Shown here piece by piece: positions 44,257 to 54,674 of a DNA stretch of 56,674 bases (the stretch's first letter is position 1; the number at the start of each line of letters is the position of its first letter). The stretch lies in the IMG/VR virus record IMGVR_UViG_3300020686_000001, positions 1 through 56,674 of that record. One strand, given 5' to 3'. Position numbers and translations under genes: made by a program. Under the pieces are notes generated by a model. It was not told where the DNA came from. It searched no databases and was given only the letters and a program-made list of their open reading frames with translations. The DNA is from a virus. Lineage: Duplodnaviria > Caudoviricetes.

Positions 44257-46855
44257 TTGGTTCTCCTTGTGGTGGTTGTGCCTGTTGAGCTTGAGCTTGT
44301 TGCAAGATGCCTTGCTGTTGAGCTTGAGCTGATTGTTGTTGCATTTGTTGTAAATGCTCCATATTGCTTTGTTGCATAGCTTGCTCTTGCTGTGCTTGGG
44401 CTTGCTTGGCTTCGAATTGTTTCTCAATCGTCATGGTGTTGATGTCATGAGTTAATTTAGCGCCCTCAATCTGTTGCTGGCTCACTATTTGAGCTTCTTT
44501 ATCCTGAGAGTCTTGCTGTTGCTTCTGAGCTTTTAGGTTTAAATCAGCCTTGTCGTAAGCAGCCTTACGCTGAGTCTCAGCCATAGCTGTTTGCTGTAAA
44601 GCTTGAACTTGAGCTTGAACATTTGGATCAAGCGGTTGAGTTGACTTCATCTTTTGCATCATTTCAGTCATTTGCTGAATTACAGGCATAACTTGTTTCA
44701 TGATTTCTTGAGAATCCACATGAACATGTTGTCCTGCAATAGCCAAAAGCTTTTGAGCTTCAGGAATAGTCTTCTTAACTGCCATAACATCATATGGTTT
44801 GCCAAGATGTTGGGTTGCATACTTGCCAACGCTTTCAAGATAGAACAAGCTTAGGTGTTGCTTAATGTGTTCTAAGGCGTTAGGGATAAATGCAGGAGCA
44901 ATAATTGGATTAGCGCCATAAAGTGGATCTTTAGCAAACTCTGTATGGCTTAACAGGTGAGATAAATGGTCTTGACCGGGGAACGCACCTACAGGCTTTG
45001 CTAATGTCAATGAAATGTTCTCCAAAGCAGGGTTCATATCTTTAACATCATCTTTATCAGGCAGAACATCGTTGATGTCAGGCAATTTAATCTGTTTTAA
45101 GATGCGTTTTTCAACTGCAAGGCGGTCATAAAGGTCAGGATTTGCTTGAGCACGAGCTGCTAATGTCTGAATTTGAGCATAACGCTGTGATTCAGCAAAG
45201 ATATGAGGGTCAGATACAGGAACAATGTCTGCATTTGTCTCAAAGTCTTCTTTAGTAATCTTGAGGTCGGCAACAACTTCGCCCCTCATCTGCTCTTCAA
45301 GATACCAACGATTTAATCGAGCCAAAATCTTAAATACACGCTTCTGAGAATCATGCAAACGAGCGTGAATCGAACTAAATACAGCAGCACCTTGCTCAAT
45401 AAGGGCTTGTGTTGTGCCAACAGGCGCTTGAGAGTTGACATCTGCAATCTTTTCCTCTGAAGTTGTGACTACACCTTTGGCTGCCTCTGTTAACCAGCCT
45501 AATAATTGGAATAAAACAGGGCTTGGTGGGTTAAATGGCACAGGCATAGCGATTTTACGAACATCATCTACTCCCGGTGCGCCTTCAATCTCGCTTACTT
45601 GGGTGACATCGATAACAGTTGACTGACCTGAAATCTTAGCGCCCTTAAGCTTGAGCATAGTAGGTGCGTTATTGATGTGAGCGCTGTCCATAAGTGCTCG
45701 TAAAGCGCCAGTAAGAGCAGCGCTAAGACCGCCAATAAGGTGAGGCAAGCCAATAGCGTAAGCACCACGCCAAGGAATAAACTTGAATTCAATAAGCCAG
45801 TCGAGTTTCGTAAAGGTTTCATCGCCATCTTCCCAGTTTCTATACAAGCCAACAGGCTCACTCTCATTTTCATCAATCATAAGAATGTATGGCGCTCTTT
45901 CACCCTTGGAAAACTTGTCGTCTTCCAGCTCTAGCCATGTATAAATGTGGAAAACACGACGAATGCCATCAATATTGGATGACTCACTGCGCTTACCTTC
46001 AATCTTATTGTTAGCTTTTTCAGCTTTTGTCTCATCAGGCTCTTCAGGAATGCGATAAACATCGGTATCACGATACAAACCGCTTGCAACACGCAGGTCA
46101 TACTCTTCCTGAGTAATGTCTTGAACCTCTGTAACACGCATTGCAGTGTAGAAATTACCTGCTGCAAAGGGTAAATAAATATTATCGATAGGAACGAACT
46201 CAGCGCATGGGCGCTTTTTCTGCTCGTCGTACCACATCTTGAAGTATTGTGAGCCACCTAAAGGCAATTGGGTGAACATTTGCTCCTGCTCATCTCGATA
46301 TTCTTCGATTTGCTCAGTCAACTGCCAATTCATGTAATCACGCTTGCGGTCAGCCTTCTCACGCTTCTCTTCGGTTACATCTCCGATGATTTTGCTTCGT
46401 ACTGGTCCGTCAGGTGGAAATAGTTCCTTGATTGCTCTAGCAGCAAAATCAACGCAGGACTCTGCCATAACTGGGTGGACAACTTTGCTTGCACCCATGA
46501 ACTGTGCGCCTCCGGGTGCGTCATCGCCAAGCCCTGTGCGTCTAATGCCTTCTTCATACTTTTTATCTCTATCTTCCCTAGCTTCCTTGTCCTTTTCAAT
46601 CAGGTCAAGGTATTTCATTGTTATTTTGTTTAAATCATAAGAATCAATAGTGTCAGCCAAGTTTTCATAGAAATCAGGCGACTCTTCAGGTCCTTTTAAG
46701 TCTTCCAAATGCACGATAGCTGAGCCATCAGGCATCTCTTCAACATCTGTACCTTCTACATCATCAAAGTATTCAACCAAAGATTCATCATCATCACCTT
46801 CAATAGGATCAATGTGTCGGTTGTAGTCTTGTGGGATGGGCATTTCTATAGCCAT
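44249..46855 (-). CDS. Portal protein
   Basis: GAS.VVHP.MAE.CVDF.AR, LPL.GS.YFK, APVGTT.AL.EQG...SSIHARLH; Q-rich C-terminal barrel. Confidence 0.88.
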   Translation of the reverse strand: MAIEMPIPQDYNRHIDPIEGDDDESLVEYFDDVEGTDVEEMPDGSAIVHLEDLKGPEESPDFYENLADTIDSYDLNKITMKYLDLIEKDKEAREDRDKKYEEGIRRTGLGDDAPGGAQFMGASKVVHPVMAESCVDFAARAIKELFPPDGPVRSKIIGDVTEEKREKADRKRDYMNWQLTEQIEEYRDEQEQMFTQLPLGGSQYFKMWYDEQKKRPCAEFVPIDNIYLPFAAGNFYTAMRVTEVQDITQEEYDLRVASGLYRDTDVYRIPEEPDETKAEKANNKIEGKRSESSNIDGIRRVFHIYTWLELEDDKFSKGERAPYILMIDENESEPVGLYRNWEDGDETFTKLDWLIEFKFIPWRGAYAIGLPHLIGGLSAALTGALRALMDSAHINNAPTMLKLKGAKISGQSTVIDVTQVSEIEGAPGVDDVRKIAMPVPFNPPSPVLFQLLGWLTEAAKGVVTTSEEKIADVNSQAPVGTTQALIEQGAAVFSSIHARLHDSQKRVFKILARLNRWYLEEQMRGEVVADLKITKEDFETNADIVPVSDPHIFAESQRYAQIQTLAARAQANPDLYDRLAVEKRILKQIKLPDINDVLPDKDDVKDMNPALENISLTLAKPVGAFPGQDHLSHLLSHTEFAKDPLYGANPIIAPAFIPNALEHIKQHLSLFYLESVGKYATQHLGKPYDVMAVKKTIPEAQKLLAIAGQHVHVDSQEIMKQVMPVIQQMTEMMQKMKSTQPLDPNVQAQVQALQQTAMAETQRKAAYDKADLNLKAQKQQQDSQDKEAQIVSQQQIEGAKLTHDINTMTIEKQFEAKQAQAQQEQAMQQSNMEHLQQMQQQSAQAQQQGILQQAQAQQAQPPQGEPNA

Positions 46856-49800
46856 TATTTCTTCCTTGTTAATGCTAAGCGCATTTCATCGATACTAACA
46901 TTGCCACCTTTTTTACGATTGAGTGGGCTATCAGGGTTAAATGGGTTCATTATTCCCGGTGTAAATCCTGCACCACCTCCTGATGGGCGTGAAGTTGGAA
47001 CAGGTTTATCGCTTCCCTTGTAAGGGTCATACTTATTGCGGTTGACTATCTCTTCTTGACCTTGACGAATGCGCTCAGCGTTATCAATCTTGAACTGTTC
47101 GTATGGAGTTAATTTTGGTTGACCGCCTTCATTCATGCGTCTTTTGCGAATAGCTCCACCACGCTTATGTCCTCGTGGATCTTCACCCATTCCTGCTTCA
47201 GGTGGGCGATAGTTAGGGAATCGTAAAGCATTCCAATTTCTGATAATGTTAAACGCTTCTTCTTTTTGAGGCTCAGTAAAGTCTGAAAATGCATTACGAC
47301 CTCTAACTCCATTTATTACTGCCACTAATGCTTCACCATCAGTAGCAGGATTGTATGTTTGACTTGTTAAAGAATGAATAATTCTACGATGAGCTAACTC
47401 AGGTAGCGTGTTATTGCCAATTAAAACTTCACCAATTCGTACATCTCTTGGGTCTCCAAACTGTCTAAATGCACCTCTATCACCTTCTAAATAGTTAACT
47501 GTTGCCAATCTTACAAGTGATTGGTCCACAGCATTTAAAGGTCCTTGTTGTACATTTTGATTAGAAGTTGGTGCAATACCTTCATTGCGAATTCTAGTTA
47601 AAACAGCTTCTACCGCTTGAGGAGAGCTTCCTGCTAATCCATATCGGTCTAAGTCATCTCCAATTACTGTAGTCAAATTAGACCTAGTTAATGGATTATT
47701 TTGAATGTCTTCAAGCATATATCCATGTCGCTGACGAATCTCACCGCTAACTGCTTCATAAGCTCTTTGTCTAATAGCTTCAACTTGCTGACGATTCTCA
47801 GGTAGATTATCTATACGATTTTCAATGTGTTGACGGATATAAGACAGAACACGATTGGCATCGTCTTCAGTAGCAAGATTGTTAGTAACAATCGTTGGAA
47901 GATTATCATAATCTTGATAACGCTCTAAAGACCTATTTAAGCCCTCTTCATTATCAGGAAGACTTCTAATTACAGAATTGATACCTTCAGTCAATGATTG
48001 AACTTGTGCTTGTCTTTGAGTTAAACTTTGATGCGCTCCAACAGGACTAACTTCCATAGCCACATCTCTAGGAGTGGGCATAGCTTCTGTAGGAGTAGGC
48101 AATGCAGGAGCATTCTGTCCATTTACATGGTTTGCATTGGCTTCAGTAATAGCATCTCTTACCTGCCTTAAACTGTTGCGAACCTCTACAGGAAGATTGT
48201 TGTCATTTGATGCAATGCCTATTTGTTGAGCAAAACGCAATGGTCTTTCATTTACAGCAATATTAGGGTTATCCCTAGAAAATTGCGCTATGGCATCAGC
48301 AACAACAGTTCCAACCTGTTGTCTTGTATCTGCTCCATAGTTTTGTTCTACTCGGTCAATCGTGCCATGCAATGCATCAGAAAATGCTTGTATTGGTAAA
48401 CCAATTTGATTGGTTGCTTGGGCAGGCTGAGCAGGCGCAGGATGGCGTATCATCTGACGCAATGCTCTTTCATGAATCTGCAAAAGATGTCTGTATTCTT
48501 CAACATCTGCTCTATCCATGCGTGGATGGTCATCCATAATGGTTTGAGGAACAGCATGATTTCTTCTATCGCTAAGACGAGTAATCAAGTGTTGTGGGTC
48601 ATTAAATATTTCACTATTCAAATTACCCAAGTCTTCCTGATAGGCTTGCCAAGATGCAGTATGGGTTTGATGAGATGCCAATGGAGTACGAGTACCATTT
48701 CTTTGTAATACATCAGCATAATGAGCCAATTGACCAATTGCATCAGCATGACGCTGAACAGCATTTGCAAGTTCATCAGCTTCGGAACGAGAAGCTAAAC
48801 CATAGTCTCCAATATGACCATTATTTATTTGCTCAACAATATCGCTTAAATTGCGATGTAACTGATAATCACTTATTGGGTTATTGTGGTTTCCCAATTG
48901 CTCTTGATTATTCAATATGCTTCTGTAAGCACTGTAAGGTCTTGGATCTAAAGAACCAATCGAATATGCCAATGGATTAAACCTACTACCATCCTCAACA
49001 ATCTCTCCAGCATCTAACTGACGCTGTGGAGTAAGGTTCATAGAACTTAAGTTCTGCATCACAATATTGCGCTCTGTAGCTTCACGCCCAGATGGTGGGG
49101 ATGAACGAACTGCTGGAACTGGAGGATTATCCTGTTTGTATTGTGCTACAGCTTGTTTACCTTGATCTAGGGTAATGAATCGGTCACCATCAAGAGTATC
49201 AGTAATGTATTTGCGGATTTCAGGATATTTACCACGCTCTACATTCAGGTCATTTAACATGGTATGCAAAGAATTGCCTTCACTAGCATCATAAACACCA
49301 TGCTTGTGAATGTTTGATGTGAAATCAACTTTGTCTTTAATACTGTTCAGGAAGTCAGCAAGCTCAGGAGCATATTCTTTGTTGCCCCCGTTTTGGTATC
49401 CACTGACATAACCCATTTGATAGCCACCATCGCTAGTTCTATCTAATTCAACAGTTATCTGTGGTAATCCTGTTTTTGCATCACGAATGTCTGCAATATC
49501 CAAATCACCATCTGCGACACGCTCAACATATGAGCTATCTTCGCCAGCATTCTTGGTAGGTCGCTTTGTTACAGGATCATTCATTGCAATGTATTGACGC
49601 TCTTTACCTGTAAACAGATTCTTTGTTCCTGCTCCACGACCACCTTGACCGATACAATGGTCAAGAACAAAAGTAATATCAGACAGATTTTGTTTAATCT
49701 GTTCAGGCGTCATATTTTCATCGGTAATCCAAAGAACTTTCCCTTTTTCTCCTACAGGCTCAGTTGGAAAATCGTTAAGAACATTTTTAAAATAATTGTC

Positions 49801-51864
49801 TACATCTGTTCTATAAGTAAGCTGGGCTTTACGCTCTTTGGCTTCTGTTTCTAATCGTGGCTTGACCTTCTTCTCTAGCCATTTTCTCCATGCTTGAGGG
49901 CTTGAGAAGTCTTTGACTTTATCTACAGGAATTACGCCATGCATGATGTCATTAACTAAATCATTAACCATTTTTTCTAAACCAATATATCTGGTTTGTT
50001 CAGGTCGAATATCTACCAATTTCGCTTGATTTGGTACTGTATATTCCCCTGTATCTATCGGTACATTAGAAAAAGGAATCAATTCTTTCTTGGTTGCCAT
50101 TAACTCAGGATGGAATTGATATTCGGCTGGGTCAAGGTTATATCTGACTCGCTCAGCATTCAGGTTAGGTCGAACTACTAAGTCATTGATGTTTTCATAG
50201 GCTGAGCCAACCTTAAGCTTGCGTAGTTGCTCTTCAGCTTCGTTAAGCATTTTTTGCTTAGCTTTGATCTGATTAGAGAATTTAGCGTACTCAGGATTGA
50301 CCACTTGGCGAACTTGCCCTGTTTCAGGATCAATTGCTCCTGTAGGATCAGGCATACCCATCCCTTGAGTTCTCACAACTTCAGATGATTGATTCTGCAA
50401 TTCTTGAATGTCATCGTTAAGCTTTTGTATCTTGCTTTCAACTGGTGGGATTTCTTTGTTAGCAACTTCACCCATTGGTTCAAAGCCAGCTTCTCTTCTA
50501 GTCTCTTGAACATCCCTCATAGGGTTTTCAAAACGCTCAAACTCGGATGCAGGCTTATAGGTAATACCTTCTTTAGCAGATGCCACGAATGGATCTTGTG
50601 GCGTACCCATGTACTTTTGCATCAAGTTTGGCAAATGCTTTTGAGTTATCTGTTTGACCGCTTCATTTCTTTCAATGAACTCATTCATTGTAGGAATATC
50701 GAAACCATCTTGTTTTGCTTTTTTAGCAAACTCTTCCAACCATTCGAGCATGATGTTGCCACGATTTTTTGCATCATATCCTATGCTAAATGCTCTAGCC
50801 GTATCACTACGATTCATATTAGGATAAAGCTCATCACGCTTTTTGGCTTGAAATACTCTCCATTCATCACGCAAAGCAGTGCTTTGAGGGGTATTTCTAT
50901 CAAAAACAGTTTCCTCAAATGCATTGACTACATGAAGAGGGTCTTCATTTTTGATTGGCTCAGCTTGTCTAAGCATGACATCTAAATTGCCATAATTCGT
51001 ATTATCGTTTCTGCCACCTGTAGGTGTTTCACGATTACGGATAAACATGCCTTCATTGGTGTTTCTGACAGCAAATGTTCTTGGATCAAACACTTCCACA
51101 GTACCCTTTGGAACACCGGGAATTGGACTCTCGCCCCTTGCTGTGCGCCTTGCCATGACATCGCCAACATCTTCAGCCACACCTTGGAGCTTAGCGCCAT
51201 AAGTAGGCTGACCTTTGTAATTCTGACGAACCACGCCTGATTGTGCGTTTTGAAAGTCTTGGGGGATATTCTTAATTTCACGCCCTGTTTCAATAGCTTG
51301 CTTACCAAGAACCCTAATATCATCAGGATTTATGCCACGCCCAAGATTTGCCAATTCAGGTAATGGTGGAGTCATTGAAGACCCAAGCAATGCTTCAGGG
51401 GCTTGACCGATAGCTTGAGAAATATCCTGCCCTGCTTTAGTTGGTGGCGTGTATTGCGTTGCCTGCATAGCTTGACCAGCTTGCTGTTGAGCATAATCTG
51501 TATTTTGCCCATACTGACCATTCAAGATTGATTTGCCTACACCATATAGGTTTGATCCTGCGATTTGAGGTGTTGCAAGAATGTATGGTGCTAAAGCTTG
51601 AGCCAATGATGAGCCGGGCATATGCTCAATAGCAAACTTACCTAACGCATTAAAGTTTCCAAGAGTTGATGGAGTTGTAGTTTGTGTTGGCTCTGCTTGA
51701 GGTACTTGCCTTTTAACAGGCTGTGGAGGTATGGCGTTTACAGGATAAGGAACATCTGATCCATTTGGCTGAAGGGGCATATTGCCTTTGTTAGCCAACT
51801 CGTAACGCATTTGGTCGAGCGTAGGCAAAGGTGTGCTGTTATCATCCCATTCGTTAATTGCCAT
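46855..51864 (-). CDS. Large polyvalent-type protein with central PcfJ-like motif
   Basis: 1669 aa; LDHCIG...IRD...G.P.ITVE; C-terminal xxxGG motifs. Confidence 0.6.
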   Translation of the reverse strand: MAINEWDDNSTPLPTLDQMRYELANKGNMPLQPNGSDVPYPVNAIPPQPVKRQVPQAEPTQTTTPSTLGNFNALGKFAIEHMPGSSLAQALAPYILATPQIAGSNLYGVGKSILNGQYGQNTDYAQQQAGQAMQATQYTPPTKAGQDISQAIGQAPEALLGSSMTPPLPELANLGRGINPDDIRVLGKQAIETGREIKNIPQDFQNAQSGVVRQNYKGQPTYGAKLQGVAEDVGDVMARRTARGESPIPGVPKGTVEVFDPRTFAVRNTNEGMFIRNRETPTGGRNDNTNYGNLDVMLRQAEPIKNEDPLHVVNAFEETVFDRNTPQSTALRDEWRVFQAKKRDELYPNMNRSDTARAFSIGYDAKNRGNIMLEWLEEFAKKAKQDGFDIPTMNEFIERNEAVKQITQKHLPNLMQKYMGTPQDPFVASAKEGITYKPASEFERFENPMRDVQETRREAGFEPMGEVANKEIPPVESKIQKLNDDIQELQNQSSEVVRTQGMGMPDPTGAIDPETGQVRQVVNPEYAKFSNQIKAKQKMLNEAEEQLRKLKVGSAYENINDLVVRPNLNAERVRYNLDPAEYQFHPELMATKKELIPFSNVPIDTGEYTVPNQAKLVDIRPEQTRYIGLEKMVNDLVNDIMHGVIPVDKVKDFSSPQAWRKWLEKKVKPRLETEAKERKAQLTYRTDVDNYFKNVLNDFPTEPVGEKGKVLWITDENMTPEQIKQNLSDITFVLDHCIGQGGRGAGTKNLFTGKERQYIAMNDPVTKRPTKNAGEDSSYVERVADGDLDIADIRDAKTGLPQITVELDRTSDGGYQMGYVSGYQNGGNKEYAPELADFLNSIKDKVDFTSNIHKHGVYDASEGNSLHTMLNDLNVERGKYPEIRKYITDTLDGDRFITLDQGKQAVAQYKQDNPPVPAVRSSPPSGREATERNIVMQNLSSMNLTPQRQLDAGEIVEDGSRFNPLAYSIGSLDPRPYSAYRSILNNQEQLGNHNNPISDYQLHRNLSDIVEQINNGHIGDYGLASRSEADELANAVQRHADAIGQLAHYADVLQRNGTRTPLASHQTHTASWQAYQEDLGNLNSEIFNDPQHLITRLSDRRNHAVPQTIMDDHPRMDRADVEEYRHLLQIHERALRQMIRHPAPAQPAQATNQIGLPIQAFSDALHGTIDRVEQNYGADTRQQVGTVVADAIAQFSRDNPNIAVNERPLRFAQQIGIASNDNNLPVEVRNSLRQVRDAITEANANHVNGQNAPALPTPTEAMPTPRDVAMEVSPVGAHQSLTQRQAQVQSLTEGINSVIRSLPDNEEGLNRSLERYQDYDNLPTIVTNNLATEDDANRVLSYIRQHIENRIDNLPENRQQVEAIRQRAYEAVSGEIRQRHGYMLEDIQNNPLTRSNLTTVIGDDLDRYGLAGSSPQAVEAVLTRIRNEGIAPTSNQNVQQGPLNAVDQSLVRLATVNYLEGDRGAFRQFGDPRDVRIGEVLIGNNTLPELAHRRIIHSLTSQTYNPATDGEALVAVINGVRGRNAFSDFTEPQKEEAFNIIRNWNALRFPNYRPPEAGMGEDPRGHKRGGAIRKRRMNEGGQPKLTPYEQFKIDNAERIRQGQEEIVNRNKYDPYKGSDKPVPTSRPSGGGAGFTPGIMNPFNPDSPLNRKKGGNVSIDEMRLALTRKK

Positions 51865-51901
51865 ATTCGCACCTGACAGTTGTTTGGATGATTATAACCA
51901 C

Positions 51902-53314
51902 TTAAATTGCGTATGGGTTAATATTTCGAGGCTTAGTCTCATCGATATAGTCTTCTGAATTGTCATAGAGATAATCGACAGTAAGAAAGCCCATGTCTCG
52001 CAGTAAGCGCAATCCTTGAGTCAATGCATCCACATAGTCATCATGCCTGCCTTCAGGGAATGAACATACCTGATTGAGAAATGGCTCAACCCAGCTTCTA
52101 ACCATGTTTTCCCTTTGGTCGGATTCAGGCAAATACATCAAGCCCTTGGCGATGATGGGTGACACAAGGTTCAATCGTGCCGTCTTATCAGCTCTACCGG
52201 GGTTATAAGCACGAACATTTAAGCCAGCTCTTTGCAGGTCTTGTATAAGACTTATCCCTGCTGACTTATCCTCAATCAGGATCATGTCAGGTTTCTTGCC
52301 ATGCCCGAACTCATCAGGATCACCATAGACTGTGGTTGCCTCTTCAATGACTCTTGGGCGCAGGTCAGGGTATTGCATGTGCTCTGACCAGCAATCTACC
52401 AACATGACGGACATTGGTCGGTCAGGTGACGGGCGAAAGACACCCAATACTACGCAAGCTGTCGGATCATTGACTGTCTTATCGGATGTAGCGCAGTCAT
52501 AGCTCTGAATGACATAGGTGAACTGTGGCAATGGCTTATCAGCATCCCATAGCCTGAACATGCCACGCTTAACAATGCCTGACTCTTCAGGATCTAGGAT
52601 CTCAGCGTATATCTCCTGCCGACCTATGTTTGTTCCCTCGTACTGCAGGATCTGCTTTTTAAAGGTTGGAGCAAGGTTTTCCATGTTTTCAAGGGTTGAT
52701 GCCTTCGTGACATAGACATCCTCTCCATCCCTGTTAGCCAGATCCATAATCAATGGCTTAGGCTTTGGAGTAGTAGTGCATATCAGGATAGGTCTATCAC
52801 CCAATCGCATGCCGAACTGAATCATATCCCATGCTTCATCTAAGTATTCCCAAGCTGCAAGCTCGTCTAGCCAGCCACCATGAAACTGTGGACCTCGAAA
52901 GCGTTCAGGCTCTGAGGCAGGAATTCCCTTGATAATCGAGCCATTCTTGAGCAGGATTTCATTGTCTGACTCCCTGTATTTCTCAATGATAAGCTTAGGC
53001 ATGCAGGCTATCAGCCCTGATTCACCCATAAAGCATACGCCCTGCACATCAGCATAGGTGGGCGCTGAGACTAACCATCGTGTATTGGGGTTATCCCAAG
53101 CCATCTGCCATAGATTCTCGGCTGCAGTCCTAGTCTTACCTGCACCACGCCCTGCTAGGAACAGCCAGATGTTCCACCAATCGTCTTCAGGGAGCTTTTG
53201 ATACTCATGCCTTGTAGTAGCCCATTTGAGCTTCTTCATGGCTATTTCAGCCCCCATAGGGTCTAGCTTGATCTTATCAGGGCTAAAGCCGTTAGCAATG
53301 TCCTGCAGAATCAT
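51902..53314 (-). CDS. terL: Terminase large subunit
   Basis: AGRGAGKT, RGPQFHGGWLDE, TTTP, GRQEIYAE, IEDKSAG, FP.GRHDDYVDA. Confidence 0.95.
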   Translation of the reverse strand: MILQDIANGFSPDKIKLDPMGAEIAMKKLKWATTRHEYQKLPEDDWWNIWLFLAGRGAGKTRTAAENLWQMAWDNPNTRWLVSAPTYADVQGVCFMGESGLIACMPKLIIEKYRESDNEILLKNGSIIKGIPASEPERFRGPQFHGGWLDELAAWEYLDEAWDMIQFGMRLGDRPILICTTTPKPKPLIMDLANRDGEDVYVTKASTLENMENLAPTFKKQILQYEGTNIGRQEIYAEILDPEESGIVKRGMFRLWDADKPLPQFTYVIQSYDCATSDKTVNDPTACVVLGVFRPSPDRPMSVMLVDCWSEHMQYPDLRPRVIEEATTVYGDPDEFGHGKKPDMILIEDKSAGISLIQDLQRAGLNVRAYNPGRADKTARLNLVSPIIAKGLMYLPESDQRENMVRSWVEPFLNQVCSFPEGRHDDYVDALTQGLRLLRDMGFLTVDYLYDNSEDYIDETKPRNINPYAI

Positions 53315-53546
53315 GAGTGGAGTTGATTAGGTCTAATGTGTGTTTTAGGCGTATGTTGATGTTATCAAGGACAGTTTCAGCATTTTGAATGAAGTTCTCA
53401 GCTTCCTGCTTTTCCTTGTATTCGACTTCAGCCATAGCGCAGTTGTAGCCTGCCTCATATGCATTATCGATATCTTCATCAGTGTATTTACTGAGCCAGC
53501 TTCTTTTCAACTGTTTTGATAAGGTCTTCAAATACAGTATTAACAT
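53292..53546 (-). CDS. Hypothetical protein between TerS and TerL
   Basis: ORF overlapping both genes; start uncertain. Confidence 0.45.
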   Translation of the reverse strand: MLILYLKTLSKQLKRSWLSKYTDEDIDNAYEAGYNCAMAEVEYKEKQEAENFIQNAETVLDNINIRLKHTLDLINSTHDSAGHC

Positions 53547-53931
53547 GGTCTATCTCCATTTGTATCTTGTCGCCATCCTTACCTGATAACTCTACTTTAG
53601 AGCGCTCAGAATACTTTTTAGGAAACCTAGCAGCCATACTGCGAGACCACATAGACGCATTGATTGAATCGCCCTGATGGGTGTTTATTAGGTATTCTTG
53701 AGCCTTATCTTCCCACCAAGCCTGTTCTGCAGCTTGTGCATCCTCCAAGGCATGACAAAATTCTATATGTTCATCACGCCATCTACAAAGTGTGCGGTAG
53801 CTAACATCTAGCTTAGCAGCCATTTGCTCGAATGATTTCCCTATCTTTCCTAGCTTGATAACCTCTTCACAGTATGAAGGATCATAGGATGTGGGTCTTC
53901 CAACAGGATTTTTTTGCTTCTTTTCGCTCAT
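53488..53931 (-). CDS. terS: Terminase small subunit
   Basis: GRPTSYDP.YC, HTH, TL..WR.EH.EF, VELSGKDG; upstream of TerL. Confidence 0.8.
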   Translation of the reverse strand: MSEKKQKNPVGRPTSYDPSYCEEVIKLGKIGKSFEQMAAKLDVSYRTLCRWRDEHIEFCHALEDAQAAEQAWWEDKAQEYLINTHQGDSINASMWSRSMAARFPKKYSERSKVELSGKDGDKIQMEIDHVNTVFEDLIKTVEKKLAQ

Positions 53932-54404
53932 GGCAATTGAATCTCCATCCACCATTTAGGAACTATGCTTGGATTTGATTTTGCAACAGCCAATAATCTA
54001 GATCCAACATATCTTTCAAGTCGCTTGTTATTGGCTTTTTTTGCATCGGAGTACATTTTCCCCAACTTACGCTTAATAACCTGAATCCTTTTTTGGTTTT
54101 TGCCCGAAAGACCACCAAGACCACCATCTGACATATTTGTTAGATTTGCTCCTAGATTTCTGTATTCTTCAATGTAATAACATTCGGCTTTTTGCCAATC
54201 GTTAATAGAAATTACTTCTATAACCTCTAATATTGGTTTTTTACCTTTTAAAATTAAAGACTTAATCCAACAAGTCTTGATGCTTCGAGATTTTAAATTA
54301 GACAAATGTTGCTTGTAGCGTATGTTTGGTTTATCAGACTTACCAACATACCTAGGCTCTTTGGTATCAGGGTCAAGCAGTATGTAAATACTTGTGGTTT
54401 CCAT
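53928..54404 (-). CDS. GIY-YIG family endonuclease (free-standing, homing-like)
   Basis: IYILLDP...RYVGKS...RYKQH...E..YI...LTN..DGG. Confidence 0.8.
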   Translation of the reverse strand: METTSIYILLDPDTKEPRYVGKSDKPNIRYKQHLSNLKSRSIKTCWIKSLILKGKKPILEVIEVISINDWQKAECYYIEEYRNLGANLTNMSDGGLGGLSGKNQKRIQVIKRKLGKMYSDAKKANNKRLERYVGSRLLAVAKSNPSIVPKWWMEIQLP

Positions 54405-54458
54405 AACTTTCTTTCAAAGCTGTATATTTTTGAAGTATAAGGGAAAACTAGGAGAGTG

Positions 54459-54665
54459 TCACTTCTCTTGCACTTTTCTTACTTGTGGGAAGTGTTTAGC
54501 CAAAAGCTCATCTTCTGTCTGATTGTTTATAGGGTAATCTTTTTTAAGTCCTGAGCACATTGAACAAGTTGCAGCAGGCTCATCTAGAAAGAAATTGCAC
54601 CAAATATGATGCTCACCCAAAAAAGCTTTTCTAGCCTTGACCCATTCATTCCAATTGTCGTTCAT
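54459..54665 (-). CDS. Hypothetical cassette protein
   Basis: HHIWCN..C..C; ends in the junction motif (RKVQEK). Confidence 0.65.
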   Translation of the reverse strand: MNDNWNEWVKARKAFLGEHHIWCNFFLDEPAATCSMCSGLKKDYPINNQTEDELLAKHFPQVRKVQEK

Positions 54666-54674
54666 TTATTTTCC

